A stretch of DNA of 64,000 bases from the NCBI RefSeq assembly GCF_000143415.4, contig NW_003314266.1, forward strand, positions 2,119,197 through 2,183,196, read 5' to 3'. The notes beneath the pieces were generated by a model. The model did not search any database. It was not told the origin of the DNA and worked only from the letters and a program-made list of their open reading frames with translations. A program made the position numbers and the translations under genes. Positions within the stretch are counted from its first letter, which is position 1. Each line of letters begins with the position of its first letter. This document shows, in pieces, positions 37,770-54,249 of the stretch. The stretch is from Selaginella moellendorffii. Taxonomy: Eukaryota > Plantae > Lycopodiophyta.

Positions 37770-40523
37770 TCAGCTGGATGGTCTCCAGGAAGTTTTCTGG
37801 GCGGCGATCAGCTGCTCCTGCTCCTGTGTGTATGACACGCGGATTTCCCAATGGAGTGACTTCAGGAGCGGCTCGATCTCCCCCAGAATCGTCGTGGTGT
37901 CTCGGAAAATCCCCCAGCCGCCGGGCCTTAAAATCCTGTCCATCTCCACCACCGTGTTGACAACACCGCAGCTGCAAGACCGAGTAAAGATTCCAGGTTT
38001 TAGAACTACAGCTAAGTGAGCGAACTCCAACTTTCACTGTTACCTCTGTTTCAAGCGTGAAAACAGATGGTCCGCGTGCAGCAGGTCATACGTGCGAGGA
38101 TATGTGCTGAAAGACTCACACCAGTCGTGATACTGTCCTATCAAACCACGGTCGGTGATAATCGGCAGTGTATCAGGCTCAGTGACTGGAACCACGTTGA
38201 GGACCCAGACTGGGTATCCCACGAGAGCAGCAGCAAATCTGGAAAGTTTACAAGGTTAGCTAGCTGCTAAAGTTGTCTCGAGCTCAAACTTACCCTCCAT
38301 ATCCCGCTTTCATATCCATGACGTTCCGAATTACAGTCCAGTCGATCTCAAGGCCGCGTGCGTAGGATTTCTGGACGACATGCTGCCAGTGTATCGTGTC
38401 GGATTCAAACTCTTCCACCGCTGGCTTTCCAAACAATCCTTTTGGAATGGTTCCAAGCCAGTCCGGCGTTGCATTCACCCTCTGGGGCCACTCCTGTGGC
38501 CATCTAGTGCCACGGATACCGTCTCCTTCGGGGATCTTGTGAAGACAACTTTGCATGGGAACGTACCTGGTAAAGGAGAGCTCATGAATAAGATAGAGAG
38601 AGAGGGAGAACGATCTTGCTTACCATGCAGCATCTCGATTGTCTGATTCGTCACACATAGGTGGCTCGTTCTTCTGTCGTTTCTGGTAGCAAGTGTTGTC
38701 TTTGGGCTTTTGAAAGATGGCAATCCCGACCCCTGTTTTAGGATCCCGCTGTTTCACAATCATCTTCCAGCACATATTGTCAGCTAAGGCCTTCGTGTCT
38801 GCACAAAACCACCTCGTCAGAGCTTGGATGGTAAAGGCGAGATCGTACCTTTCCATATCTGTACATCTTCTGGTTCGTTTTTGTACACTGGAGTGGCCGA
38901 CCAGACGAAGTATCCTCCCGGACGAATGAGGCGATTGAGCTCCAAAAGAAGTCTACCACCTGTTTCAAGAAAGAAAATGTTAAGAAAGTCCTTTGAACTA
39001 TACAAAAATGTGCGTACCATCTACATGCCATGGAACTCTGCAGCGAGCACAGTGTGCGATATCGTAAGCATAGCTAGGATAAACCAGCCTCTGCGTTCCC
39101 ATGACCGCGAGAATTGCTGGAATTCCACGCTCCAAAGCTAGCTGAACCTGAGCTTCGTGTTCGTCTTTTGGAGCGAATGACATGGTAATAACGTTCTTGT
39201 CAAACAAAAAGCCTCCAAAACTTGCGACGCCACAGCCAACATCAAGCACGGTGCGAACGTGCTTCCCCCATGCAATATCTGGAAGACTCTGCAAAACATT
39301 TACTCTATTAGTCTAAGCTAGCAACAGACAACAGAAACTTACAATCTGGATGAAGTCAATGTAGCGCTGAGCTCCTTGTTTAAATTGAGTTCCACCGCCA
39401 GGAAAAAGAAGAAGGTCGTCTTTCTTTTTCACCCAGTTTTGGTCCTTCTTATACGACACTAATCCAGGATGAGGGACGTTGCTGTACCAGACCTGTAGCA
39501 AATTTTGCTAAATCATATGCTCGGAAAAACGAATTCGCATACCTGCTTTCGGCTTTGTGGCCAGTTGACATGAGCCTGGTATCCTGATGGAAGAGGTGCG
39601 AGGCATTTTTTAATATCGTCTCCAGTTGGGCAATGCCGCTCCCGGTGCTCGTAGTGGCTTCTTGACCTCAACTTCTTAATAGCTTTCTGGTTGTCCAGGC
39701 ACGGAATATAATCAGCGGCGTTGGAGAAACTGCAAAGTTTCCACTCCATATCAATTGGCGATTGTTCGGGTTGCTTCTCCTCGGGTTTTTTTTCTGTTTG
39801 CTGATCAGCACTTGGAAGAACATCCTCCTTCTTCATCTCCTGCTTGGACTCATTGGCTTGACTTGTCCAAGTGTTGGAAACCTCTTTGTTTTCGACAGTC
39901 AGCTCTAACTCCGTTTTGTTTGTCCCCAGCTCCTCGATAGTAGCAGTGTCGGAATCATCTTTCTTCTCCGTGGCATCCTTGCTTTGAGTCTCTTCGTCTT
40001 TTTTCTCTTCTTCCTTGTCCTCAACTTTCTTTTCTTCTCCCTTATCCTCATCCTTCTGTTCTTCTTTCTTGTCTTCGTCTTCTTTCTTGTCTCCGTCTTC
40101 TTTCTCTTCATCTTCTTTCGCATCTTCTTCCACCGGGGCATCCGAGTCTTTCTTCTGCTCTCCATTATCCACAGGTGTGTCGTCCTTCTTCTCGCCATCA
40201 ACCTTGTCACCATCTTTTTCGTGGTCAGCTTGTTGTTTATCTTCGAGATTTTTCTCCTCGGTAGCATCCATCTCTTGTTCAAAGTCGGACTCCTTCTCGG
40301 ACTCCTTCGTCACCTCACCCTCTCGAGCCTCGGACGGAGAATTCTCCCGGGAACCCATCTGTGACGCCGCTTCATTCGTTTGTGGAACAACCTCGGTACC
40401 TTGTTCTGACGGAGACCGGAAGAACGCTATGGCGGCAAGGATCAAAATCGCTGCGAAAACGCCCGTGATCAGATAGTACATCGGCGTCTTGCGCCTGTCG
40501 CGCATTGGTTTTGCCACCCTCAT
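37770..40523 (-). CDS. Probable pectin/Golgi SAM methyltransferase (PMT/Methyltransf_29, PMT26-28-like), type II membrane protein with acidic stem
   Basis: [97 protein letters not shown]. Confidence 0.93.
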
Positions 40524-41002
40524 CTTCGAGCTCCTCGAGTTCCTGTAAGAAAAATATAAGATCTTAAAAAAAAAAAAGGAAAATCAAGGATGGATCGATC
40601 TTTCCAACGAGGATTTCGCTCACCGCCAGATCCAAACCCGTGAATGCTGGCACACGGAGCTACATTTTGTTTCCTAGCTACAATGCGCAAGCAATGCGAG
40701 CAAAACCCTCGGGAAATACACCCCGATCGATCCAGAGTTTAGCAGCGCCTTACCGGATCTTGCAGCTCCAGCCGATCCGAGAGCTCGCACCTCGAGCGGC
40801 GCCGCGGCGATGGGATCCCTTCCTCCTCCTCCTCTCTGTCAGTCACAAATCCTCGAGCTCATTTGGCTTGCTCTAGAGTTTAATAGACAGTACGGTACTG
40901 TCGGTGGCTCATCGCTATCTGTGACCATGTGTACGGACGTTGTTGTTCGGAAACAACGTGAAGAGCGCTACTATTTGAATCGAGGATATTCTCTAGGGTT
41001 TT

Positions 41003-42827
41003 ATGGCGCCTAAGCGCGTGAACACTACCCCTCCTGGCGATCCAGGAGGCGCCAATGCCGTTCCGGCGCAGCAAAAGGAAGGAGAGGCCGCGGCAGTGGA
41101 AGCGCCGCCTCCTCAGGTATGGATTTGTGAAGCTGTGGTAATATTTTGATCGCCCATTGCGTTGCTTAGGTCGATGAAGAACTGGTAATGCTCCAGAAGA
41201 AGGCCGGTGCTGGAAAGGCCGAGGTGGACAAACTCAAGTGAGCTTATTTCGCTTAATCCATAAGAATCTAAGGAGTAAGTCTGATATTTCTTTAGAACGA
41301 TTTGAAAACTTCACAGCTCTTTTTATTTTTGTTTCACTGTAGGCAAATGCTCGACACACTCATGCACGTACAGAGCCAAAATGTGAGGGAAGCTAAGATC
41401 ATCGAGCTCTTGAAAAAGGTCTTTCTTTTCTCGTATTTCGTTTTCTATTTATCGTCCTTTGCTTGTTTGATCTATAGAATGGAAGCATGGCGAAGAATTT
41501 AGAGCGTGAGCGATTGCTGGTGGGACGATTAAAGAAAGATGTTTCTTATCTCCAGAAAGAGGTGAGAAAGGATTGTTTTTGTGGGTACCGGATGGTTTTT
41601 TGTTGTATCAGGTTGTTCAACTGAAAGAAGAAGAAAAGCTAAGACCTCCCGAGGAACCCACGGAGGTGGAAAAATCCATCCAAGAATCAAATATATACAG
41701 AGACAAGTTCATTCAGGTTTATTTTCCTTGTTACGAACTGCATATGTGTTGTCAATCAAAGCAAGCAGGCAACAGCAAAACTTATGGAGGTCCAAGGAGC
41801 CAAAGCTGTGACCTCTGCGGAACTATCCAGGTTACAGCACGCATTGCAACGAGAAGTTGGAAATGTTCCCATTGTTAAGGTGAACGCTTGTATATGGCTG
41901 GCTGGCTTCTTTTATTTATTTGTCTTTACAGGTCCTGGAAGGAGGCCAATTCTGGAAGGGTCGGGCGCAAATGATTACCCTGCTAAAGGTCTACGATGCT
42001 TATCAAGTTTCTCTCTGTTCTTACGTTGAGTTTACACAGGACAAAGTCGAGGACCTTGAACAGAAAGTCCGGGAGAGAGCATTGGAAGACCAGAATCATG
42101 TGTTTGATTTGAAAGAGAATGCTTGCAAGAAACAAATCGATGAGCTCGCTAAAAATTTTCTGGTGAGTTGTGCGTGTGCCGCAAGAGCCGTTTCCTACTA
42201 AACTCACGCATGGCAGGCTACGCGAGAGGAGCTGCTAACAACAAAGAAAAAGGTTGATTGCGTGCTTGCCAGAAGGAACATTTTGGAGAACGAGGTGATC
42301 TGATATTTTGCTTAGAAAACACTACTAGTTGTTATGTTGCAGATGAACAATGTGAAAGCAAAGATGGGATTGCTTGTAGCGAAGAGTGATAGCGACGACA
42401 AACTGATAGTGGCACTGCGTCAGGAATGCGTCGCTTCCAAACTGGTACGTGGTTTTTCGTAACACTCTTCCTCACATCATGCGGTCTTTTGCCAAGGCTG
42501 TGGCACCCGAAAGGCTCAAGGAGCGGATTAGCTGCCCCTTGAGAGTTGGCTCATTGCATCGAGAACACCAGCTCGCAGCGTCTTTCAACGATCTGAAACT
42601 TCACTGCCGAGAACAGGTGATCTCTAAAGCCAGAGCTTCTGTTTGCTGTTCTAAGCCAGCCACCGTACAGGAGCTACAAATCAAAGCCCAGGCGGAACTA
42701 ATCGACTACCTACGAGATATCACAGCAGCAACTAGAGGTACCATGGAAGTTTTCCAAGTTCCATACTTTCCACCTCACGTCCTCGTCTTATACAGGCGAA
42801 GAGCAACCAAAAGAAAGTGAGCAGTGA
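41003..42827 (+). CDS. CCDC13-like coiled-coil centriolar/ciliary protein, multi-exon
   Basis: REAKIIELLKKN, ALQREVG, WKGRAQMITLLK, ARRNILENE and KSDSDDKLIVAL resemble conserved CCDC13 blocks. The last exon is predicted as GEEQPKESEQ*. Confidence 0.65.
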
Positions 42828-42868
42828 CAATCCCAGCTTGTTCAAACGGTGCAAAGCTTTCATTTCCA

Positions 42869-45388
42869 TTACTTATGCTTGGGGTCCTCTCCATTCATCT
42901 CACCCTTGGTGTCCTCCTCGTCTTCACTATACTCGCTTCCACTCTCGTCTTCCACAACCTCCTCGTCGATCTCCTCCTCGTCTTCCACCCCGTCCTCGTC
43001 GGCCTCGTCCGCGGCAGCGCTCAGAGCCTTGGTTGCCACTGCTGGCCGGACCTTCTTGCTCACTTTGAGCTTCACGCTCACCTTCTTGTCACACCCAAGC
43101 CAGCAGTCTGACAAGCAAAACGCCGTCAAGTTATACGTCCCTTCCTCCGGTGCTTCAAACATCCCCGTCACCAGCCTGCTGCCTTCCTTCACTCTCTTCA
43201 CTGCCTCGCTCACTGCCTTCTTCACCTCCGACTCCTCGGCACCTTTCCCTTCCAGAGATTCTTGCGCTGCCTTTGACGCCGATGATATGGCCGCTGCCTC
43301 GTCCATGAAAGTGATCCTCTTGTGTACCCAGACGCTGTTCGCGGATGCGTCTCCCAGTAGCACCCAGAATCCTTCCTCCTTGACGTTGGAGTAGTAGGGA
43401 GTGTGCGCGTAGGCTGCTGTGAGGCCATTGCCGCGCTTGACTGATATCCAAGCTCGCATCGTCACGGCATCTCCTTCTTGGACGAACTCTTCTCCTTCAG
43501 TCCCGCAAGTGACATCGATCGTGACGGTGGGTATCATGTCCAGGACTTCTTCCACGTCTACGATCTGGCCTTGGGAGAAACCGGCCAGGGTTGACAGGAG
43601 TTCCTTACGCTCGTCCATTTTCAAGTCCCGGAATTCTTGCAGAGTTCGCACTTTCTGCAAATGAAAAAGAGCACACAGTGAAAAGTAGAATGGCATGCGG
43701 GCTAGTCCCTACCTTGCGAGTGAGCTTCTTGTGAACGGAATCGTCGAAGTGTGGGAGCTGCATGAATGCGGCACTCCCTTCCATAAGGCTTGCTCGATCA
43801 GATCCCTTTCTGGAATTAAGAGTCACAGCCTGAGACAGAGAAAGAAAAATGTACTTCAAATATCCAATATACAGATAATATAGAAAACAGACCTGAAAGA
43901 AGCTTTGAGACAAGTCCATTACTCCCAAAGCAGGCCGAAGCCAGCCATGACCATTTGCACTTCTCGCAGCCAAAGCCATCTAAAAACCAAACAGCAATAA
44001 ATTAATTGCTTGCAACAGAGTGAGGTTTAACAAAGTCACCTTCATCAGCTCTTCAAGGAGGCGTGGCGTAAGCTGGATAATACGTGCAAAATCCGACGCC
44101 AAGCCCGCTGGAACGTCCGCAGAGCTCCTTGTTAAATGTGCGAGCAATAGGAGTTCCGTCTGCCACAACGTAATGAAAACCAAGATACTAAGAAAACGAA
44201 ACTATTACCTTGACTAGAGCAGGATGCTGCTTCCAAAACTTAGCCTGTTCTTGCTTTAGATTCTTGGGATCAAGGTTAAGTTCGCTTCGTACTACAACAA
44301 AAAGCTTCTGCAACGGCTCTTCATCACTTCTACGCACTGGGATTTCCACGAACTCGGCAGCTCTGATGAGAACATCCATCACTTTGCTGCATAGGCCATG
44401 CACGCGTCAACGATGAAACTACATCTAGATCCGTTACCTGGGAGCCAGTGATGGTTTCATAAGATAGTAATAGCTTGACAACGTTTGATGCATGATATAG
44501 TTTCCAGTGTACTTAGAAGATCGCGATAAATAGACCACCGCAATCAGTAGCGGTAGTAAAATTCCACAACCGACCAGTCCTAGAAGTATAATTCCTCCAG
44601 TTGCCCCGTTGATATTGAGCAAAAACCACGGGAGTGCTATTCCCATTTTGAGCCCCTGTAAAGCGAGACGAGGTTACTATAAAGTAGAACTTACGAAAAA
44701 CTTCGAACCTGTCTGCCATCGGGATGCCCCCATTTCGCAAAATTCTCCCTAGCAACTGGGTCAGTAAGCGCTTGATACGCCTTTGAAATATAATCCACAA
44801 AGTAGGCATTGGCCTCTGCAGAAAGCAACGCGTAGATAAAACCATGATGAGGAAATTTGCGCATAAGATTTTAAGTTACCAGGATCCGGATTCTTGTCCG
44901 GATGGTACTGCACGGACAGCCTTCGGTAAGCTTTCTTTATCTCAGAATCCGATGCATTCGGCTCCAAACCGAGAATCGAGAATGGCTCGAATGGTTGCGA
45001 CTGCAAAGACCAAGATAAATGAAAAGAGAAAAAGCAAACAGAGCAAGAATTTACCTCACGAGCGCTGAGCTTGATATAATAAACCAGAAAGATCATCAAG
45101 ATCCACAAGAAAACCAGTGTGATATTGCTGCATGTCGAGAACCTTCCCAACTGGAACAAGAATTTAACACAAAGAGAGAAAAGAGAGAAGAAGAAAACCA
45201 ACCTTTCTCCACAACGAGACTTGATACTTGGGAGATTTCGCGCAAAGCGAGCAATGGCAGTGTAAATTCCTCCCCTGCCGCCTCGCAGCTCTGGCAAGCC
45301 GATAGATTGTCCACGGCACCACGAACAGGCCCAGCACGGAGAGAATAAAGATTGGAAAAAGGGAGCTCATCTCCTCCGACGCTGCCAT
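42869..45388 (-). CDS. SEC63: SEC63/ERdj2 translocon-associated DnaJ protein, multi-exon
   Basis: [18 protein letters not shown]-domain [36 protein letters not shown], Sec63 domain with LSDCWLGCD, and an acidic C-terminus. Confidence 0.93.
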
Positions 45389-45747
45389 TCTCGGGAAAAT
45401 CTAAGCCTGCTTCCCAGGAACCAATTCCACAAACAGGAGCTGCCGCCTCGATCTAGCTACCTAGCGCCTTGGATCTGCATACCTATCGTATCGATCGATC
45501 GCCGAGCAAGCTCGGCGCTCCAAACCCTAGTCTCTCGTTCGTTGACGTAGCCCTCGTTGTATAGGGAGACTTAGTTTGTTAAATAGTACACACAAGAAAC
45601 GCGCTAACGATTATCTCGATGGAGCTTTGGAGATTTTCTCTTTGCTCCACGAGCACAATGAAATGGTCTCTTTCTTCTTCTTCTTCTTTCTCTGCTAGAG
45701 CTTGAGCTCGATCCTTTGTTTTTTCCAGCGATCTTGACGCGATTCGA

Positions 45748-49265
<3,518 letters not shown>

Positions 49266-49317
49266 CGGAGCGGCAGCTAAAACCCTACTCCCTTTCCGCC
49301 CTAGCTAACCAAAAAAT

Positions 49318-49326
49318 GGCGGGAAA
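49318..49326 (-). promoter_or_regulatory. E2F binding site (TTTCCCGCC) upstream of MCM6
   Basis: Exact E2F consensus ~55 bp upstream of the MCM6 ATG. MCM genes are established E2F targets in plants. Confidence 0.7.
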
Positions 49327-49587
49327 TCCACGTCGGACTCCTGTCATTACAAAAGTACTGCCAGCGTGGGACCTTTCCGATTGGTTCCAAGTACTGGCAA
49401 CGTGGGACCTTCCGGTTGGCTCCCAGCCTTTTGATCCAGCTACATGTGGACCGTCCCTTCACACGAAGAGACATCTCCGAAGAACCAGGAAGAACACCCA
49501 AAGCGATCACTTGCCATTTTTTTCTTCCTTTTCTTTCTCGATCCGTTTCTCCCCGCTCGTTCGGATCTCTTTTTCTTCGCTGCGAGC

Positions 49588-50172
49588 ATGACCACTGTAG
49601 TTGAAGAGGAGGAAGACTGGCCACCGGCAAGAGCCGACTGGAAGTTCTCCTTCACCCCGGACGACCAATACTACGTCGAAGTTCACAAGTTCCGGGTCAC
49701 GAACTTCATGTCTTTCAATGCCGCTCCACCCCAAGAACACGATCTCCCGCAACTCCTGGAGAAGCACCCCTGTAAGGTAGTCACCCACTGCTACCATAAC
49801 TGGCACTACTACAACATCGAGCACCGCTACGCCCCTGGAAACTTGGAAGTCTACGTTGATCCCACTGTCTACATTATCACGCTTACCAGCATGACGCACG
49901 ACGGGCAGAGGAATTGCCGTGACGCCACCAAGTGTCACGACTCCAAGATCATTTACGAGTACGAGCACAACGTTTACGTCTTCTCCCCCTACATGATAGA
50001 CACCACAGTCGACGTTAAAACCAACACTACCATCAAATGCCAGACCAGGCAGAACGGTTGCAGGCTTTACCATCTTCACGGCCACACTCACAGCCTGGTG
50101 CTCACCCATGCGGGCTCCAAGGACAAGAAGAGGATGCACAGCTTTGGAATGGTAGCCCGGGTTCACAAGTAG
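49588..50172 (+). CDS. Hypothetical His/Cys/Tyr-rich protein (194 aa), single exon, no recognised family
   Basis: Open frame from ATG 49588 to TAG with a strong C-ending codon bias (tac, cac, aac, gtc). The antisense frame is also open, as expected with such bias. Confidence 0.6.
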   Translation: MTTVVEEEEDWPPARADWKFSFTPDDQYYVEVHKFRVTNFMSFNAAPPQEHDLPQLLEKHPCKVVTHCYHNWHYYNIEHRYAPGNLEVYVDPTVYIITLTSMTHDGQRNCRDATKCHDSKIIYEYEHNVYVFSPYMIDTTVDVKTNTTIKCQTRQNGCRLYHLHGHTHSLVLTHAGSKDKKRMHSFGMVARVHK

Positions 50173-50371
50173 AGTCCCTTGCCTGTAAGCCACAGATGTT
50201 TAGCTTCCGACTCCCCTCACAAAATGAAGAAGCTAGCGAAAACAAAAGAAAAGCCAGTGTATTAGTTACAAATAGCACAACTCAACAAGAACCTCTTTAT
50301 CTTCTCGAGTACTTATTGAACCTGGCAGTAGCAAAACCTGGTGATGGAAGTTGACTCTCTCTCGGCAAGCT

Positions 50372-52053
50372 TTAACGGAAGTAAGGCACTGGAAGGAACG
50401 GAAAGGGCGCTGCAGATGCGTAAGCAATCGGAGGTCGAGTGTAGTCCTCTGGATTTGAGCGCTTTGACTTCTTCTTTTCGAGCATTTCACTTCCGCTTGT
50501 CTCAAGTAACGCGTCATTGACGACCTCTAAACTCGTCTCGTTTCCGGAAGGAGCCGTGTTATCAAGCGACTCTTTTGCTGTGTTACTGTTGGGAACACGG
50601 TGCAAAAGCATCGCAAACATCAACGCCGGCAAATACAGAAGACTTGCCCGAAACATATGCCTGGCTCGTTGCAGAGTGGGGTCCCGGTAAAAAAGGGCTG
50701 CAGTGGCTCCCATTCCAGCAGTCAAGATCGCTGCCTCTGGTCCAAAAAATCCAGACGTCACACCCGCTGCGAAACGGAGGTCAGTACTCGAATCGGGACC
50801 AGTATCAGCTTTACCATAGTGAGCAATAAAGCCAACAGGAAGGAGATACGCGCAATTTCTCAGAGCGATAAGAGCAGCTTTTGGTCCAGACACCATTTTG
50901 TACCTGCACAAGCATGAGGTGAGAATCGAAATTTAAAGTTAAAAATCCCTTACCCTCCAGCCAAATAGTCTTTGCTGCACATAAACGACAGTGCCATGAA
51001 ATGCGGGAGCTGCCAAAAGTACAGAGCGGATGCTAACACCCAAGCGCCCGGATCGAGATGGCCGCTTGCGGCAGCCCACCTGCAGTCAGATATTTCGTCT
51101 TAGCTTTACACCTTTGGCTACTGAATCTCAAACAAGCTACACTACAAAGACTAAACTTACAGCAAGAGATTACCCCATAAGTGGAGGAACAGCTCCTACA
51201 ATTGCTCCAATCCACGTATTTGCCGGATGCAGTTGCTTCATTGGTGTGTAGGCCAGTGTGTAGAGCAAAATGTTCCCGGCACCGAGAGCTGCGACTGTCG
51301 CGTTTGTCTGCAAGATTCCAATCGCTAAGGTCCTCAGTAAAGCAAGTGAGAGGCAATAGTCACTTCACACCTGGTAAGCTAGCAAGCTAATACCCACGCT
51401 CCCGCTGGTAACAGCCCATGCCAGCGCGTGCTCCATGCTTATACGTCCTGATGGAAGTGGCCTTCTCATTGTCCGCTTCATATTCGAGTCATTGGTCACT
51501 TCAAGAATCTGTCAAGCCAGTTAAACATGAGTGAAGAAAACCGGAAAAAAAAAAAAGATCCAAAGAGAAAAAACAAAAGCTAAAGGTGGCGAACCTGATT
51601 AAACGAGTTTGCCGATGCTGCGGCAAGCATCGTCCCCAGACAAGTCCATCCCAAGCATGGCACGTCGATTACGCTTCCACTTCCCAGCACAAATCCAGCA
51701 CCTGAGGTCATCACCACGAGTATGCTACAAAAACTTCGTGAGTTTTGAGAAACGAAAGTCCAAAAAAAAAACCATTTTTACCTGAGTCGGGCTTTGGACA
51801 ATTCCCAGTAGCACCTCCCATAGTGCCGCATTCCATCCCAAGCAGCACTAAACGCAGCGGGAAACTTGCCATACTCGAGATCAAAACTCTTGGCGGCCGG
51901 GGGAGCCACTGCCAAGCCCTCATCGACGGACAAGCTGGAGATTTCCCTGACCTGATCGAGCGCCGCTGCCGCCGGCGCCAGCCTGTGGTGGTGCTGCTGA
52001 TAGAGCGCCGCGCAGAGCTTGCGCCTGGCGTCCCTGGCGAGAATGCCCTGCAT
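50372..52053 (-). CDS. COX10: Protoheme IX farnesyltransferase (heme O synthase), mitochondrial, multi-exon
   Basis: [86 protein letters not shown]. Confidence 0.93.
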
Positions 52054-52771
52054 CGCTCATCAAGCCCTAAAAAATCCGGTCACGGCCAGGAATCGAACCC
52101 CGCACCCGTCGTGCCCGTTAACCCCTTGATTTTCGGTAGGACACGTGGCGGGCGGGAAGGCGACAAGGAAGAAAAGTGGTTTATCAAAGCCACAGTGAAG
52201 TACATGCTTTTGGCAGGGTCACATTAAAGAGAGGAAAGCACTGATTTTCTTGGCGCCGGGCGATCTTTGCATGAATGGAATGAAACAACTGACACTCCTA
52301 GGTACGAGAGGGAAAGAGAAATTTAGGGCTGGATCGATCCGCGAGCGTGAAAGGGGTGGGCAATCCTGGGAATTTTCTGGGAATCGCTGGCGCAGGCCAG
52401 GGGAATCTTCGCAGTATCTCAGTGGGCGCGCTGCGATCGATCAGCAAAGTCTGCGGGAGGAGATTGCGCTTATCAATCACGGGCATCGTTAGGTCAGCGC
52501 GCAGAGTTCCTCTCCTTTTTCCTTCATTATCCCGCTCGACCAAACTCTCTGGGGATTGGGGCGGCTTTTTTCTTCCATCTTTACAGCCCATCGATCGATC
52601 GATGTGTCTCTTTCGTCACATTCTTACTGGGGTGGAGGCAGAGGAATTTCTTACCCAAAGCAAGCGATAAAAGAGTCATTCAATTCTTTCTTCATTCCTC
52701 CATTCTTCGCTCTAGTTCTTAAAGTTCTCTCTTTTTTTTCGTTCTCTCGATCGCCCAGAGCCCAATTCAAG

Positions 52772-53974
52772 ATGGATTGGAACTCGGCATTCAAGGACCT
52801 TGATGGCGTTGATCTCATCCCAGGGCTGCCCGATCATCTGGTGATACAGCGCGTCCTCTCTCGGATCTCCTGGTGGGATTTCTCCTCGGCGATCAGGGTT
52901 AGCAGAGGATGGCTCGCAGCGATCCAGGAAACCGCCAAGAACGCCACTGCCTCTCTCGATCGCCGCCCCCGGCTGCTGGGCTGCATTCACCCGGCCTCTT
53001 CCAAGCGACCCAAGCGCGATCAACAATCCCGCGGCGATCCATTCTTCGCGATCTCCATCCAGGCGCCGGGGCACTCCAGCGGCTGGGAGATTCTTCCGTC
53101 AATCCCGGGGCTCTCTTGCGGCGCGCCACTCTCCGGGCGATGCGTGTGCGTGGATTCCAAGCTCTTCGTGCTCGGCGGCCGCGATCCTCGCAGCTGGGAG
53201 TTTCTTCCGGACGTGTTTGTACTGGATTTGACCCGAGGATGTGGTCGACGAATCTGGCAAAGATGCGCGCCAATGGCAACTCCCCGGTCGGCATTCGCGT
53301 GTGTCGCGGTCGGGGGGAAGATCGTGGTTGCCGGCGGACAGGGCGACGAGGTTCTCACACTCGCGAGCGCTGAGATTTACGATGTTTGCGCAAATCGCTG
53401 GGAACCTCTCCCAGATCTAAACGTCCCAAGAACAGAGTGCAATGGGGGCGTGATTGACGGGCGGATTTGCGTCGTGGGTGGATACAGCAGCGTCGAGAAA
53501 TCGTGCGAGCTTGACGACGATCAATCTACCTTTTGGGTTAGCTCCGCCGACGCGATATCGATTGGAGCCAAGAGCTGGGAGACGATCGAGGATTTCCAGA
53601 CGCCGGGGATTCTTCCTGGATATTCTTGGGAGATCCAGTCCGGGATCTTGCAGTCGGTGCATAGATCGGTGCTAGGGGGGCTCCTGAATCGATGCTCGAG
53701 CAATCAGTGGAGGACGATCGATGGCAAAATTGCGTGCTCCGACCGTCCGGGCGAGGATGGGAATGCCACGGCGGAGCTCATGGTATTGGCGGCTGCGTGT
53801 GGGAAAGATCAGGTGTACGCGTGCTCGTGCTCGTTGGATCCTTTGAATCCCTCCGGGAGGGTCAAAGTTCTCTTGTGTCGAGCTGCGAGTGGAGGTGAGC
53901 TTGTCAAATGGGAGAGGGTCGAGTGCCCGTTTGAGCTTGCACAATACGGGGCGTCATGTTTCCTCATTCATTAG
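52772..53974 (+). CDS. F-box/kelch-repeat protein
   Basis: LIPGLPDHLVIQRVLSRI (F-box) and kelch repeats KLFVLGG, PMATPRSAFAC, KIVVAGG, AEIYDVCANRWE. Confidence 0.88.
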   Translation: MDWNSAFKDLDGVDLIPGLPDHLVIQRVLSRISWWDFSSAIRVSRGWLAAIQETAKNATASLDRRPRLLGCIHPASSKRPKRDQQSRGDPFFAISIQAPGHSSGWEILPSIPGLSCGAPLSGRCVCVDSKLFVLGGRDPRSWEFLPDVFVLDLTRGCGRRIWQRCAPMATPRSAFACVAVGGKIVVAGGQGDEVLTLASAEIYDVCANRWEPLPDLNVPRTECNGGVIDGRICVVGGYSSVEKSCELDDDQSTFWVSSADAISIGAKSWETIEDFQTPGILPGYSWEIQSGILQSVHRSVLGGLLNRCSSNQWRTIDGKIACSDRPGEDGNATAELMVLAAACGKDQVYACSCSLDPLNPSGRVKVLLCRAASGGELVKWERVECPFELAQYGASCFLIH

Positions 53975-54249
53975 ATTCACATTATTTTAGTGATTAATTA
54001 TTTCTTTAATATGATTTTCAATTCTACTGTTTTGGGGGGAGGTACATCTCTCAAGAGTGATGTTCTACATAAAGTGGGTGATATGGCATACAATTCAATT
54101 ATATTGAAAGATAAATCCATTTAAAATATATGTGTGTTTGAATTGTTTAAACACATATTGTTAGTGCTTGGAATATAGAAAAGGAATATAAAAAATGTGA
54201 TCAATTAGCCCAAAAACCTTAGTTTATATATAGGAGTGAGTGGTTCGAA

